DNA of 64,000 bases from Macrostomum lignano. Lineage: Eukaryota. The stretch's first letter is position 1. Every line of letters begins with the position of its first letter. The translations under genes were made by a program, and so were the position numbers. The notes under the pieces were generated by a model that had not been told where the DNA came from, searched no databases, and was given only the letters and a program-made list of their open reading frames with translations. The stretch is taken from assembly GCA_002269645.1 (NCBI GenBank), contig NIVC01001387.1, forward strand, positions 190,136-254,135, given 5' to 3'. Below, in pieces: positions 14,400-27,454 of the stretch.

Positions 14400-14640
14400 T
14401 GTGCTGCTTTGTTGAGTTGTGGTGCTGTTGAGTTGTGGTGCTGTTGAGTTGTGGTGCTGTTGAGTTGTGGTGCTGTTGAGTTGTGGTGCTGTTGAGTTGT
14501 GGTGCTGTTGAGTTGTGGTGCTGTTGAGTTGTGTTGCTGTTGAGTTGTGGTGCTGTTGAATTGTGGTGCTGTTGAGTTGTGCTGCTGTTGAATTGTGTTG
14601 CTGTTGAGTTGAAGTGATGTTGTGTTCTGTGTTGTGCTTT
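14400..14640. repeat. Minisatellite, 16-bp unit TGCTGTTGAGTTGTGG
   Basis: Direct. Confidence 0.9.
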
Positions 14641-14905
14641 TGTGTCATCCTGATCTGCTCTGTGTTGTTGCGATCAGTTTAATGTAGCGACTGTATTTCG
14701 CAGCTAACCTTCTGGACCCTAACCCATAATTTTATAAACAAGCAGAATCTCGCAGCAGCGAAAAGTTGAGACTAAACTGTCTATGGCCCATAAAGCTGCC
14801 CTTAAAGCAGCTTTTTTATGTCAAACGTGTTACTCAGGTGAATCGCAATTAGCACTGCTAAAGCATAAATGCAATAGGATAGACTGAAGATAACTGGCTG
14901 AACGC

Positions 14906-15559
14906 ATGAGGACAAGAGCCACTTATTGGCGCCTAGTATCCTTGTTGGTTAGCGTCCTACTGAGCCGCAAGCCAGTCTGCGCAATCAAATGCTACAAAAC
15001 CGGCGTTGGGTCGACTCCGCACTTGGTGGATTGCGGGCCGCACGCCAGAGCCTGTCGAATCATTGTCAAACCGTACAAACTGCAGAACAATAGCGCGGTC
15101 AGCGACTGCAATGACAAACAAATGGTTGGTAGATTTGTTTTTGACTGCGTCGTTGAATGCCCGGAGTGGCACGGGGATCGGCACTGGAATGAGCTGGATT
15201 GCTGCTCCAGCAACAACTGCAACACCGGTGAAGAACTGCGAGAGCAGACACGATGCTACGTGTCCAAGGGCCGCGACTCCAGTGCATACGATGAAATCCA
15301 GATGTGCAACAAGCCTGATCGCTGCGCAGTCAACATTGTGACCAGAGAGACCAGATGCGTCACTCAGAGAGATTGCACCAGCAAGCTGTGGGCCTGCTGC
15401 AGAGACGAGGGCTGCCTCAACAAATGGGGAGTTGAGAAGGTCACTGCCAGCTCGCTGGAAGAGAGCTCGAATGCTGCCGACTTGCTGCCTTCAGCTGCTC
15501 CGGTACTGATCGGCCTGATTGCTCAATTGGTCAATGCTGTCGTAGCCACAGGCCTCTAA
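14906..15559 (+). CDS. Secreted, probably GPI-anchored two-domain Ly6/uPAR (three-finger, quiver/sleepless-like) protein, 217 aa, single exon
   Basis: Signal peptide ending ..PVCA; domain 1 runs from IKCY to CCSSNNCN (Ly6 CCx4CN motif); domain 2 runs from RCYV to CCRDEGCLN; Ser-rich spacer and hydrophobic C-terminus. Confidence 0.8.
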   Translation: MRTRATYWRLVSLLVSVLLSRKPVCAIKCYKTGVGSTPHLVDCGPHARACRIIVKPYKLQNNSAVSDCNDKQMVGRFVFDCVVECPEWHGDRHWNELDCCSSNNCNTGEELREQTRCYVSKGRDSSAYDEIQMCNKPDRCAVNIVTRETRCVTQRDCTSKLWACCRDEGCLNKWGVEKVTASSLEESSNAADLLPSAAPVLIGLIAQLVNAVVATGL

Positions 15560-16643
15560 TCGTAACTAATTGCAATCCTTTGAAAAATCCAATTCGACAT
15601 TAAATTCAATTCAATTCATTTGCATTTATGAGTATTGCGTGATAATAACACACATCTACTGAAACACAAACCCCAGCTGATGACTTACTTGTGCATATAT
15701 TTAATTACTGACTCAATAAAACTACTTTATCGACTATTTTATTCAAATATGACTAACGACTTTGCTTTAATTTTATCTGGCGCACTCTGGCTAAGCACTC
15801 ATACACACACGTTCACAGCGGCCCTTTGACTTTCTAATCCTGTAAGACATGTGCAATCTCTGTGCCTTCGGGTTTGTTGGTCCTCCAGGAACCAGGGGTC
15901 GTGACGCAAGAGAGCCATGCGGATGCGTTAAACCACTGAGCTGCTTCCATGATGAAGCAGAGTGGATTTCTAATCTCGCCAATCCCTTCAACTCTACCCT
16001 TTGTTCCAAACCAAGGTTCCGACTCGCTCTTGTCCCCATCTAGAAACTTTGATCTGCTAGCTGTTCTCATTAAAATAAAATGGAGAAATCAAACGACAAG
16101 TATAGTGAAGAACTCAGACGGCTTCTAACTTTTCCAAGGGCTATTCAGTCCTACCTTGACTGACCTCGTTGGGGTCTTCTCCTAAAAGAGGAAGGCAAGA
16201 AGACACGCAAAGCTGTCGAGGATGAGATGGGGGACGGAGGCTGGAGAGGAGCAGAAGAAGAGTTTAAAAAAATTGGCTAGTCCAGCCTTGTGGCACGTAG
16301 TTCACGGGACTAACAGACAGAATTAGAAAGGTAGAAAATCACGGACAGCTACAGTGAGAACTGGTCACTCTCGTCCACTTGATCACTGCCAAGCTACTCT
16401 TTAAAAAATCGCGATTTTTTAATCCCTTTGCTTCGCAACTCGAACTCTACTGATGATTCATTCGTTAAGCCTTGTTCGTGATTTTTTCAATTCCATCAAG
16501 GATGGCTAAGGAGATGGCTTTTTTGAGAATGAAGCTATGAGGGCGGCAGTGCTGCATGGAAGACGGTTACAAGGCTGGGTGAATATAACTTTTACCTGAC
16601 TCGCTTTGGTGGAAATAATAAGATTTTTTCTGTGACTTTTTAC

Positions 16644-17842
16644 TCTCTGCCGCTCTCTGCCACTCTCAGCCGCCCTCTGCCACTCTCTGCCGCCCTCTGC
16701 CGCTCTCTGCCGCCCTCTGCCGCTCTCTGCCGCCCTCTGCCGCTCTCTGCCGCCCTCTGCCGCTCTCTGCCGCCCTCCGCCGCTCTCTGCCGCCCTCTGC
16801 CGCTCTCTGCCGCCCTCTGTCGCTCTCTGCCGCTCTCTGCCGCTCTCTGCTGCTCTCTGCTGCTCTCTGCCGCCCTCTGCCGCCCTCTGCCGCTCTCTAT
16901 CACTCTCTGCTGCTCTCTGCCGCCCTCTTCCGCTCTCTGCCGCTCTCTGCCGCTCTCTGCCGCCCTCTGCCGCTTTCTGCCGCCCTCCGCCGCTCTCTGC
17001 CGCCCTCTGCCGCCCTCTGCCGCTCTCTGCCGCTCTCTGCCACTCTGCCACTCTCAGCCCCCTCTGCCACTCTCAGCCTCCTCTGCCACTCTCAGCCCCC
17101 TCTGCCACTCTCAGCCCCCTCTGCCACTCTCAGCCCCCTCTGCCACTCTCAGCCCCCTCTGCCACTCTCAGTCCCCTCTGCCACTCTCAGCCCCCTCTGC
17201 CACTCTCAGCCCCCTCTGCCACTCTCTGCCACCCTCTGCCGCTCTCTGCCGCCCTCTGCCGCTCTCTGCCGCCCTCTGCCGCCCTCTGCCGCTCTCTGCC
17301 GCTCTCTGCTGCTCTCTGCCGCTCTCTGCCGCCCTCTGCCGCCCTCTGCCGCCCTCTGCCGCTCTCTGCCACCCTCTGCCGCTCTCTGCCGCCCTCTGCC
17401 ACTCTCTGCCACTCTTTGACATTCTCTTCCACTCTATGCCATATTCTGTCACTCTCTATCACTCTCTGCTGCTCTCTGCCGCTCTCTGCCGCTCTCAGCC
17501 CCCTCTGCCACTCTCAGCCCCCTCTGCCACTCTCAGCCCCCTCTGCCACTCTCAGTCCCCTCTGCCACTCTCAGCCCCCTCTGCCACTCTCAGCCCCTCT
17601 GCCACTCTCTGCCACCCTCTGCCGCTCTCTGCCGCCCTCTGCCGCTCTCTGCCGCCCTCTGCCGCCCTCTGCCGCCCTCTGCCGCTCTCTGCTGCTCTCT
17701 GCCGCTCTCTGCCGCCCTCTGCCGCCCTCTGCCGCCCTCTGCCGCTCTCTGCTGCTCTCTGCCGCTCTCTGCCGCCCTCTGCCGCCCTCTGCCGCTCTCT
17801 GCTGCTCTCTGCCGCTCTCTGCCGCTCTCTGCCGCTCTGCCA
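16644..17842. repeat. Compound minisatellite: 10-bp GCCGC(T/C)CTCT blocks alternating with 19-bp CTCTGCCACTCTCAGCCCC blocks
   Basis: Direct; the 10-bp/19-bp block pattern recurs. Confidence 0.93.
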
Positions 17843-18439
17843 CTTCTTCGCAGAATAGAAAACCTGCGCAATCAGCGCATTGCTGTCAGAGAAAAGATGA
17901 TAGAAAATTTGTATTCCACTCGCAGCTGTTTAAGAGTCGCTGCATGGTTGAAGGGGAAGAGAGTTGGGGAAAATCTCCCACCAATTAGAACCAACCCCTC
18001 TCCATTTTATTCCCCAACTGAGCAGTGAGCCCCGGCAAAGGCTTGGTAAGGGGTAGGGGAAGTTCTGGGAGGCGATTAAAGACGGTTAATCCCGTTGAGG
18101 ATTGCACCAAATTTTATATAGCTGAGTCCCCCATATCGAGAAAGATAAAACTCTGGACCAATGGAGATCCAGTTGGCTGCGTTAGAGACTTGGCTGACCA
18201 GATGTTCGGCCTTCTTTCTTTAAATTGGATTCCGAATTGAAGTACTCATATGGTGTGGGATGGTGCTTAACAATGCGATGAGGAATGGAAGCTGGAAACT
18301 AGCAGCTAGTTTTATGTACTTTAGGAAAATCAGATGTGAATACAGGGGAACACAGAAACGGTGGGGTGGAGGAAGGATGCTTAAAAATTGGTAGAGAGGA
18401 GAGGTGTTTAGAGGTAAGTTAAGAGGATGGGTGTTTAAG

Positions 18440-19010
18440 AGGAGGTAGGTGTTTATGAGAGAGAGAAGAGGAGGGGTGTTTTGAGGGGTTGAAGAAAGAG
18501 GGTGTTTAAGTGGCGTAGAAGGAGGGTGTTTAGGAGGTGTCGGAGAAGGAGGATGTTTAGGTGTCGGAGAAGGAGGATGTTTAGGTGTCGGAGAAGGAGG
18601 ATGTTTAGGTGTCGGAGAAGGAGGGTGTTTAGGAGGTGTCGGAGAAGGAGGGTGTTTAGGAGGTGTCAGAGAAGGAGGGTGTTTAGAAGGTGTCAGAGAA
18701 GGAGGGTGTTTAGGAGGTGTCGGAGAAGGAGGGTGTTTAGGAGGTGTCGGAGAAGGAGGGTGTTTATGAGGTGTCGGAGAAGGAGGGTGTTTAGAAGGTG
18801 TCAGAGAAGGAGGGTGTTTAGAAGGTGTCAGAGAAGGAGGGTGTTTATGAGGTGTCGGAGAAGGAGGGTGTTTAGAAGGTGTCGGAGAAGGAGGGTGTTT
18901 AGAAGGTGTCAGAGAAGGAGGGTGTTTAGAAGGTGTCAGAGAAGGAGGGTGTTTAGAAGGTGTCGGAGAAGGAGGGTGTTTAGGTGTTGGAGAAGGAGGG
19001 TGTTTAGGAG
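18440..19010. repeat. Minisatellite, 24/27-bp unit AGGAGGGTGTTTAG(GAG/AAG)GTGTC(G/A)GAGA
   Basis: Direct. Confidence 0.92.
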
Positions 19011-19671
19011 GCTAGGAAGCATATTTGCGCAATAATCTAGTTGATAAACATAGCAATCATAAATCAGTCAGGAAATTCGCAATGCTGGCATGTTACATCT
19101 CAACTCTGATTTAAGAGACAGAAAAAAACACACAAAAAGCATAAAGGAATAAAAATTCAAATCAAACTTCAATGTAACCTGTTATGAAATACTTAGATGT
19201 AACATTCTCTTTTAATTAGCATTTTGTAATTTAGCAGGTAGATTATAAGTCAATATACGTCTCCAGCATTCATTCTTTTCCAATCCAGGTTTCTATTTGA
19301 ATTGGCGTCAATATCTCCTATACGCTAGCAATTTAGTCCATCGCAGCGTCTAAAAATCTCTGCCAGTGACAGACCAACCCCTAAGTGGTTAGCGGGATTA
19401 TGAATTACAATCCCTTAATACTCGGGCTAAGACTGCTTGCATATCAGTCTGAAAATGACAGATTTTAGAATAAGACATCAACCAAACAAGATCTGCTTGT
19501 TGGCTGAGTTTCCTGAGGATCTAGAAAATCTTGGCGAAACTTAACCTTAAGTATGAATATGAATTATTGCTTCGTTAACCGCTTCAGCTCTCTGGGATAT
19601 TCATAAAATTAAATGTACCGGTAAAATAGATGTTAATCTGAAATTACAGTTGGAGAATAGCTCCGCTTCAC

Positions 19672-20270
19672 TCTAACTTCCCCACTCTACCCCACTCTAC
19701 CCCACTCTACCCCACTCTACCCCACTCTACCCCACTCTAACTCACTCTACCTCACTCTACCGCACTCTACCCCACTCTACCCCACTCTAGCCCACTCTAC
19801 CCCACTCTACCCCACTCTACCCCACTCTACCCCACTCTACCCCACTCTACCCCACTCTACCCCACTCTACCCCACTCTACCCCACTCTACCCCACTCTAC
19901 CCCACTCTACCCCACTCTACCCCACTCTACCCCACTCTACCCCACTCTAACTCACTCTACCTCACTCTACCTCACTCTACCTCACTCTACCTCACTCTAC
20001 CCCACTCTACCCCACTCTACCCCACTCCACCCCACTCTACCCCACTCTACCCCACTCTACCCCACTCTACCCCACTCTACCCCACTCTACCCCACTCTAC
20101 CCCACTCTACCCCACTCTAACTCACTCTACCTCACTCTACCTCACTCTACCTCACTCTACCTCACTCTACCTCACTCTACCTCACTCTACCCCATTCTAC
20201 CCCACTCTACCCCACTCCACCCCACTCTACCCCACTCTACCCCACTCTAGCCCACTCTACCCCACTCTAC
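19672..20270. repeat. Minisatellite, 10-bp unit CTCTACC(C/T)CA
   Basis: Direct; the variant block CTCTAA-(CTCA)n recurs. Confidence 0.95.
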
Positions 20271-21091
20271 GTTACTATGAACGCCTCAGTAAAGGACACT
20301 TGCAGCCCAAATCCAAGTACATGTAGCTACATAAAACAAACTAAAAAATTGCGAAACGATTAGATATCCGAAATTAGGCTGAAAAATGACGCCCCATACA
20401 ATTAAAAAGCCAGACGCAGTTGTTTTTTAAAACCAATAAATATACATCACTGCGTGCTGGGAAAGCTTAATTTAAGACTTGATTTTTTCCTCCTCTCCTC
20501 TCCCTGCAGACGCATCCCGAACTCCGTTTGCCCTATCTAATCCCCAGGCGCAATTGAAATTCGCAGAAATCCCTAATCAAAGTGCAGAGCTTAAAGAGAG
20601 ACTCCGAAATCATTTTCTATCGAAGAGTTTCGATTTCGATTCGTGCCACGACTATGAATTGAGGCGTCGAAAGTAAAAGTACATATTTCTCATTTCTTGG
20701 AAAAAAACAATTATATTTTGTTAAAAACTGACTCGCCATCATCCAGTTAGTCAGTTAATTAACATCCACAGTTAACAAAAAAAGGAATTAAAACAAAATT
20801 AATAATCAACCGTTAACGATTTCTTAGAATTTCCGGCTTTTTCCGTGATGATTTAGCAAAACTGAATATAAACAAAAAATAGTCATGGAGACCAAAAAAT
20901 ATTTGATTGTTGAATATTTCTTCTCTTTTATTATACTGAAAACTCTACCAGCTGTTTTGCTCGAGAAAGATTAAAAAATGCCGATTAAATATTTTACTGT
21001 CCGGCCATTCAATATTTGAATTTAATTTCGCGTCTTTATTGATAACGGCATTGTTCGCCACGCACTACACGCACGAAAACAATAGACTTTG

Positions 21092-22066
21092 TCATGACAT
21101 GCCACATGTCTCGTGACAATATATCTTATGAACAACGTTACAATAAATCCTAGAATTCACGTGACAATATATCCTACAAATCACATGACAATATATCCTA
21201 CAAATCACGTGACAATATATCCTACAAATCACGTGACAATATATCCTAGAATTCACGTGACAATATATCCTACAAATCACGTGACAATATATCCTACAAA
21301 TCACGTGACAATATATCCTACAAATCACGTGACAATATATCCTACAAATCACGTGACAATATATCCTACAAATCACGTGACAATATATCCTACAAATCAC
21401 GTGACAATATATCCTACAAATCACGTGACAATATATCCTACAAATCACGTGACAATAAATCCTACAAATCACGTGACAATATATCCTACAAATCACGTGA
21501 CAATATATCCTACAAATCACGTGACAATATATCCTACAAATCACGTGACAATATATCCTACAAATCACGTGACAATATATCCTACAAATCACGTGACAAT
21601 ATATCCTACAAATCACGTGACAATATATCCTACAAATCACGTGACAAGATATCCTACAAATCACGTGACAATATATCCTACAAATTACGTGACAATATAT
21701 CCTACAAATCACGTGACAATATATCGTAGAATTCACGTGACAATATATCCTACAAATCACGTGACAATATATCCTACAAATCACGTGACAAGATATCCTA
21801 CAAATCACGTGACAATATATCCTACAAATAACGTGACAATATATTCTACAAATCACGTGACAATATATCCTAGAATTCACGTGACAATATATCCTACAAA
21901 TCACGTGACAAAATATCCTACAAATCACGGGACAATAAATCATATAAACCACGTGACAATATATCCTACAAATCACGTCACAATATATTCTACAAATCAC
22001 TGTCAATATATCCTAGAAATCGCGTCACATACTAAATACATGTATAACCTACAAATCACGTGACAA
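21092..22066. repeat. Minisatellite, 24-bp unit TCACGTGACAATATATCCTACAAA, about 40 copies
   Basis: Direct; most units contain the palindrome TCACGTGA. Confidence 0.96.
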
Positions 22067-22113
22067 TAAATATTATATTGACGTCATCTACGTGTCGTAT
22101 TCCAGGTCCAGCA

Positions 22114-24437
22114 ATGGCTCTGCTGCCGGCACTGCCGCTGCTTCTGTCCCTGCCAGCCCTGCTTCTTTCGCCCGTGTCAGCCGCGGTGACGGCCCAGCAA
22201 CAGCAGCGGTGCAATATTGGCGCCCTCTGGCGCACTTGCAAAAGAGATTACGGAGCGAAAGATCTATTCGACGGCGGCTACAATTTCGGCTGGCAACCCT
22301 TCAACCTGCTGAGGCAGATGTGCCAGTGAGCGCTCTCTATGAAATCTTCGCCCTCTACTCTTCCCAATCCCTCCTCACCCAGCCCAACTCAATCCCTACT
22401 CGGACCGCTGTACACCCTGCGTGAGCGTGTGTATGAGCGTGTGCCTGCGTACAGTATTGATGCGCTTGTATTTTGCTCAGGAGGGGGGCCGTAGCCCAGT
22501 GGTCTAGCGCGGCGCTCTGATGTCCAAGCGGCCCAGGCTCGATTCCAAGTGCAGTAACTTTAATTTGGGCTAAATTGGAATCTCAGCTTGGGCTTCACTC
22601 CCAACGGCGCCATTTCCACGGGCACATTCCTAGTGGTGCCATTCCTGGGGCGCCATTCCAGGGGATTCCCAGTGGCACATTCCTAGGGTGCCATTCCAGG
22701 GGTGCCATTCACGGGGGTGCTATTCCAGGTGCGCCATTCCCAGGGGCGCCATTCCCAGGGGCGCCATTCCCAGGGGCGCCATCCCCAGGGGTGCCATTCC
22801 CAGGGGCGCCATTCCCAGGGGCGCCATTCCCAGGGGCGCCATTCCCAGGGGCGCCATCCCCAGGGGTGCCATTCCCAGGGGTGCCATTCCCAAGGGCGCC
22901 ATTCCCAGGGGATTTCTTGTAAATACACTACTATAAGTATGATTATAATTCAACTTTTTTCTACTTTCGCAGCAATCGAACCCACGTGAAGAGTCTGAAA
23001 TGCCTCCAGGATGAGGCCACTCGGCAGTGCACCGATAAAATGGACTTCACTCACATCATGATTCTCAGCGTCTACAATTATAACCTGTACGCCCGGGCAG
23101 CAGACTACATCTGCGAGCGGCACAATGTTGGCAGTGAGTTGCCGTGATCGGCCAGTCCTAACGATAAATCCAGATCCCAAACCAGATCCCAATCCAGATC
23201 CCAATCCGGATCCCAATCCAGATCCCAAACCAGATCCCAAACCAGATCCCAAACCAGATCCCAAACCAGATCCCAAACCAGATCCCAAACCAGATCCCAA
23301 ACCAGATCCCAAACCAGATCCCAAACCAGATCCCAAACCAGATCCCAAACCAGATCCCAAACCAGATCCCAAACCAGATCCCAAACCAGATCCCGAATTT
23401 GCATGTCTAAAGCAGCCATTAAACCAAACTAATTTTCAGTATTCGAGCGGCACGCCGAGTGCCTGTGGCTGTTCCTGCAGGAGGCCCGCTACTGCAGCCG
23501 CTTCAAAAGCGTCACGTCAACTATCGAGGCGGCGAACGCCAAAATTGGCCGGGCAATCAACGACACGAAGCATAACACGCAGACGATTCGCACAGATATG
23601 GACGCCTTTCTGGCTTTTATTAGGCGTACGGTGGAGGAGCAGCTGTGCGAGTGAGACAGCCATTGAATGACGATGGGGAAGGGGACCACGGGGGGGTCTA
23701 GTCTACTATACTAAATCTAGATCTAACAGTATTCCATCTAAGTATATAAGTGCGAGTAGTACGAGCGTACTTTGGGAACAGTAACGACCGATTCTAGGCG
23801 TCCTTGACAACCGATTTAAGGCGTCCTTGACAACCGATTCTAGGTGTCGGTGCATGACAACTAACTATTTTGGCCTTGACAACCGACTCTTTGCGTCCCT
23901 AAAGACAAATTCTAGGTTCCCTTAGCAACTGATCCCATGCTCCTTTAGCCAACCAGTTCTAATTTTCCCTGAAAACCGCAAAATTTACAACCAGTACATT
24001 TACAGCAAAACTTTATCTTATTTAACCTCAGTTACCCTCAATGCCCCGACACTCCTTCATCACCCAGCGATCGTCTGCAGTTTCTGAACTGCGTAGAACG
24101 CGAGCTGCTTCGCGACCGACTTCGCTGCCCCAATCCCATCGTGATGCTGGTGGTGAAGTACTACAGCCAGCTCATGCCCGACTGGTGTCGGCGGAGGTCC
24201 TACGAGCCGCTGGCGGACCTGATGGCCGACCAGCGCGTGCAGCAGGCCGGAGCCGCTTCCAGCGAGGACGCCTCGCCCAGACAAGTCGGCGCGCCGTCGC
24301 CCGCCTATTCGGCCGCAGCCGGGGGCAACGTTGGCAACGGTTGCCATGGCAACAGGAGATGCATTGATACGACCGTTGTTGTTGCGGTAGCGTTTCTATC
24401 GGTATCTAGCTTCGCACTGATGGGTAGTCTTAGGTGA
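22114..24437 (+). CDS. Uncharacterised Cys-rich secreted protein with hydrophobic C-terminus (GPI/TM), 317 aa, 4 exons
   Basis: Exons 22114-22325, 22973-23133, 23440-23650, 24068-24437; all junctions GT-AG and phase-consistent (2,1,2), total 954 nt, no internal stop. Signal peptide [23 protein letters not shown]; spaced Cys including [16 protein letters not shown]; C-terminus [20 protein letters not shown]. Resemblance to DUF19/CPG4-type helical domains is an impression, not searched. Confidence 0.85.
22485..22560 (+). mobile_element. tRNA-derived SINE head or tRNA pseudogene fragment in intron 1
   Basis: A-box-like TAGCCCAGTGG (22492-22502) and B-box-like GGCTCGATTCC (22536-22546); no complete cloverleaf. 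Confidence 0.5.
22640..22912. repeat. Intronic minisatellite, 15-bp unit CCATTCCCAGGGG(C/T)G
   Basis: Direct. Confidence 0.92.
23167..23394. repeat. Intronic minisatellite, 12-bp unit CCAGATCCCAAA
   Basis: Direct; lies between exons 2 and 3. Confidence 0.95.
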
Positions 24438-25879
24438 ATACTTTCAGTAATAATTAGTGGATTGTATATTACAATTGCATTATATTAGAGATTTAGTATT
24501 GGTAGACTAGCCATAATACCCCCCCCCAGTGGGGAGCAAGAAGCACTCAAAGACCGTAATATAGTCGTGTCAACTGAGAAAACTCTTAACGATTCCGGAA
24601 GCAGTAATACGAAAAGATCTTACAAGTTCGGAAGGTTAATCAATCTTTTACCATCAAAGAGGCCAGAAACAATTAGACTTATACACTAATTAGTTCTAAC
24701 TACAAAGAAGCGTATAAAAATGTTAACAATCGAAATTAATTCAATAAATTATTAATGTTCGTATTCTTATTTAGGCAATTGTACTTTGTTGTTCTTACAT
24801 GTCTCTCGTGTAACAGCTCCGCAATAATTGCGTTATTGGCAACCACAGATACTACTCGTAGAATAACTAGATGGGCCACTCAGCATATTTGCGTGTAAGC
24901 TACTTTCAGTTCAGTAGTAAGTTAAACAGAAGCATTTTAACGTATTTCAGTGGACTTGCCAATGTACATTGCTGGTATTGCTGAACCAATTAGCAAGCCG
25001 TTTACGCCTGCAAGGTTGGGCTTCTAAACTTATCAGTCATTTCATCTGCCTTTATTTATATAAAATAGCTTATGCATTCTTCTTTGCTACAGAACAGACA
25101 GTAGAAAGCTGCTTTACTAAGTATATACATGTATGCCTGAGTGGCCCCATCTAGATATTTTAGTATCTGTGTTGGCAACTAAAAAATATTGAAGATGACC
25201 AAATTTAAGAATATAGGAGCTACAATTTCTTAAAAGCGCATTTTTTGTTATTTTGCCCTCAATTGTCATGCTGACTGTTTTATATTTGTTTTAATGTGTA
25301 AGAATTAATTTTTCAATTCCTGCTCCATTTCTTCATTGCATATCCATTTTTGTACACTTAAATCTATCTAAAAACTCGATATGTCCCTACTGTGAGTAGT
25401 ACATGTCTGTCGAATATTAAAGTTTTGACTTTTTCCTATGCTATATTCTTGAACGGAAATGATCTATCTTGAAGCATCATTTCCCCCTGCTTTTGCTTCT
25501 TTAACAAGTACAATTAAATCCCAACTGACTGAATCTGCAACCATAGTTCTCTGTAAATGCCGACTGTTGACAATTGTTTTCTGAATTGACGAAATTATTT
25601 TTCTCTAACTGGTCGTAAAAAAGTTTTCAACGAGCTTGAAACTTACTCAAACACGTTTCTCGGCGATTGTACTTCAAGCTGATCCAAGCGCAGAAAAATT
25701 CCATGAGGTTGCATTACTCGCGCAGTTTGTCCTGATAAAATAAACGTTTGTATTGTAATTGGCCTCAGCAATAGGCCTACTAACTGGAAAATCTTAATGT
25801 AGGCCTTAACTGCCTATATGCAATTGACATTGGTTCTTAAGGTTACTGGCGGACTTAGTACGAGTACCTTGGTACGGGA

Positions 25880-26042
25880 TGCTGGCGCCCCTGGTGCTGG
25901 TGCTGGCACCCCTGGTGCTGGCGCCCCTGGTGCTAAAGCCCTTGGTGCTAAAGCCCCTGGTGCTAAATCCCCTGCTGCTAAATCCCCTGCTGCTAAAGCC
26001 CCTGGTGCTAAAGCCCCTGGTGCTAAAGCCCCTGGTGCTAAT
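25880..26042. repeat. Minisatellite, 15-bp unit GCCCCTGGTGCTAAA
   Basis: Direct. Confidence 0.85.
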
Positions 26043-26494
26043 CATGAGTTTTTAAAACCTCAATCGTTTATCTTTTATTTTTGATTTTGATTTGATTTTG
26101 CTAACATAAATTAAAAGCACTAAGCTTAAAACCGACTAATGCTGACAACAGAAATGCTGCAGAGTTTTACAATCCGAAAAGTCGCATTCGCATTAGCAGT
26201 CAAAATTTCTGGCCTTAGCTAAAGAAGCACATTGGGTATTGCTTGACGCCGCCCAGCCAATGACGGCAGCTTTGCAGGAAGCCACACAAAATTCTGAGCT
26301 GGCCGCTTAGAAAAGAATGCAGGAAATATAAAAGTCTGGCCACTGAAGCAACAGGACCCATACTGCAAGTTGCATTTCAGTTCTTCTTGAAGTTTTCGCG
26401 TCTCAGTAAGCGGAACGCTGTTCGAACCCTTCAACAATTCTAATACATACAGTAAGTCTGAGGAGATGATATTTCATGATCCATTTTTATACAC

Positions 26495-26887
<393 letters not shown>

Positions 26888-27454
26888 AGGGAACAGTGCA
26901 GCCCCTCGATCTGACCACAACCCGTATCCTTATTTAAGCTATTTATTGACTTTCCCAGAAGTGCCCCTGACTACCAGCAATGGGGGGCTTTCAGTACCAA
27001 AGCCATAAATTTTCTGTCCAAAGGCCGCTCGCGCGCGCTCATGAGACGCCGCCAGATAGAAAGAAAACGAGCGGTTCATACAAGATCGTTAGCCTCTGCT
27101 TGGTTCGACTTGCCCGGCCGATAAAACCTCTCTCACAGAGCGTCCGGGTCCAGGCCAAAATAGCAAATTTTACAACTAGGCCGCAAGCTAGTCAGTGACT
27201 GAATGAACTTTACGCGTAAGCGTTTATAATTCAGCAAGTGCAAATAAAAAAGCATCGAAAAGATTTTGCACAATGGGAGGGACCAAATAATCTGCATCAG
27301 TTTTGGCTTACGAGCGTACAGCTCAAGTTACGATCCATTATCAACTAGAAGCTAAATTATCAAGGTATAGTTCTGATCAAATCCTGCAGTTTTGGTTGCA
27401 GAAATTTATAGGTAAGCGAGCTGTTTACGATATAAGATAGAGTCCATAGGCATC

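Noticed and set aside
18502-19035. Protamine-like RRRRVFRRC ORF
   Set aside because: Coincides exactly with a 24/27-bp minisatellite, starts at GTG and has no independent gene features.
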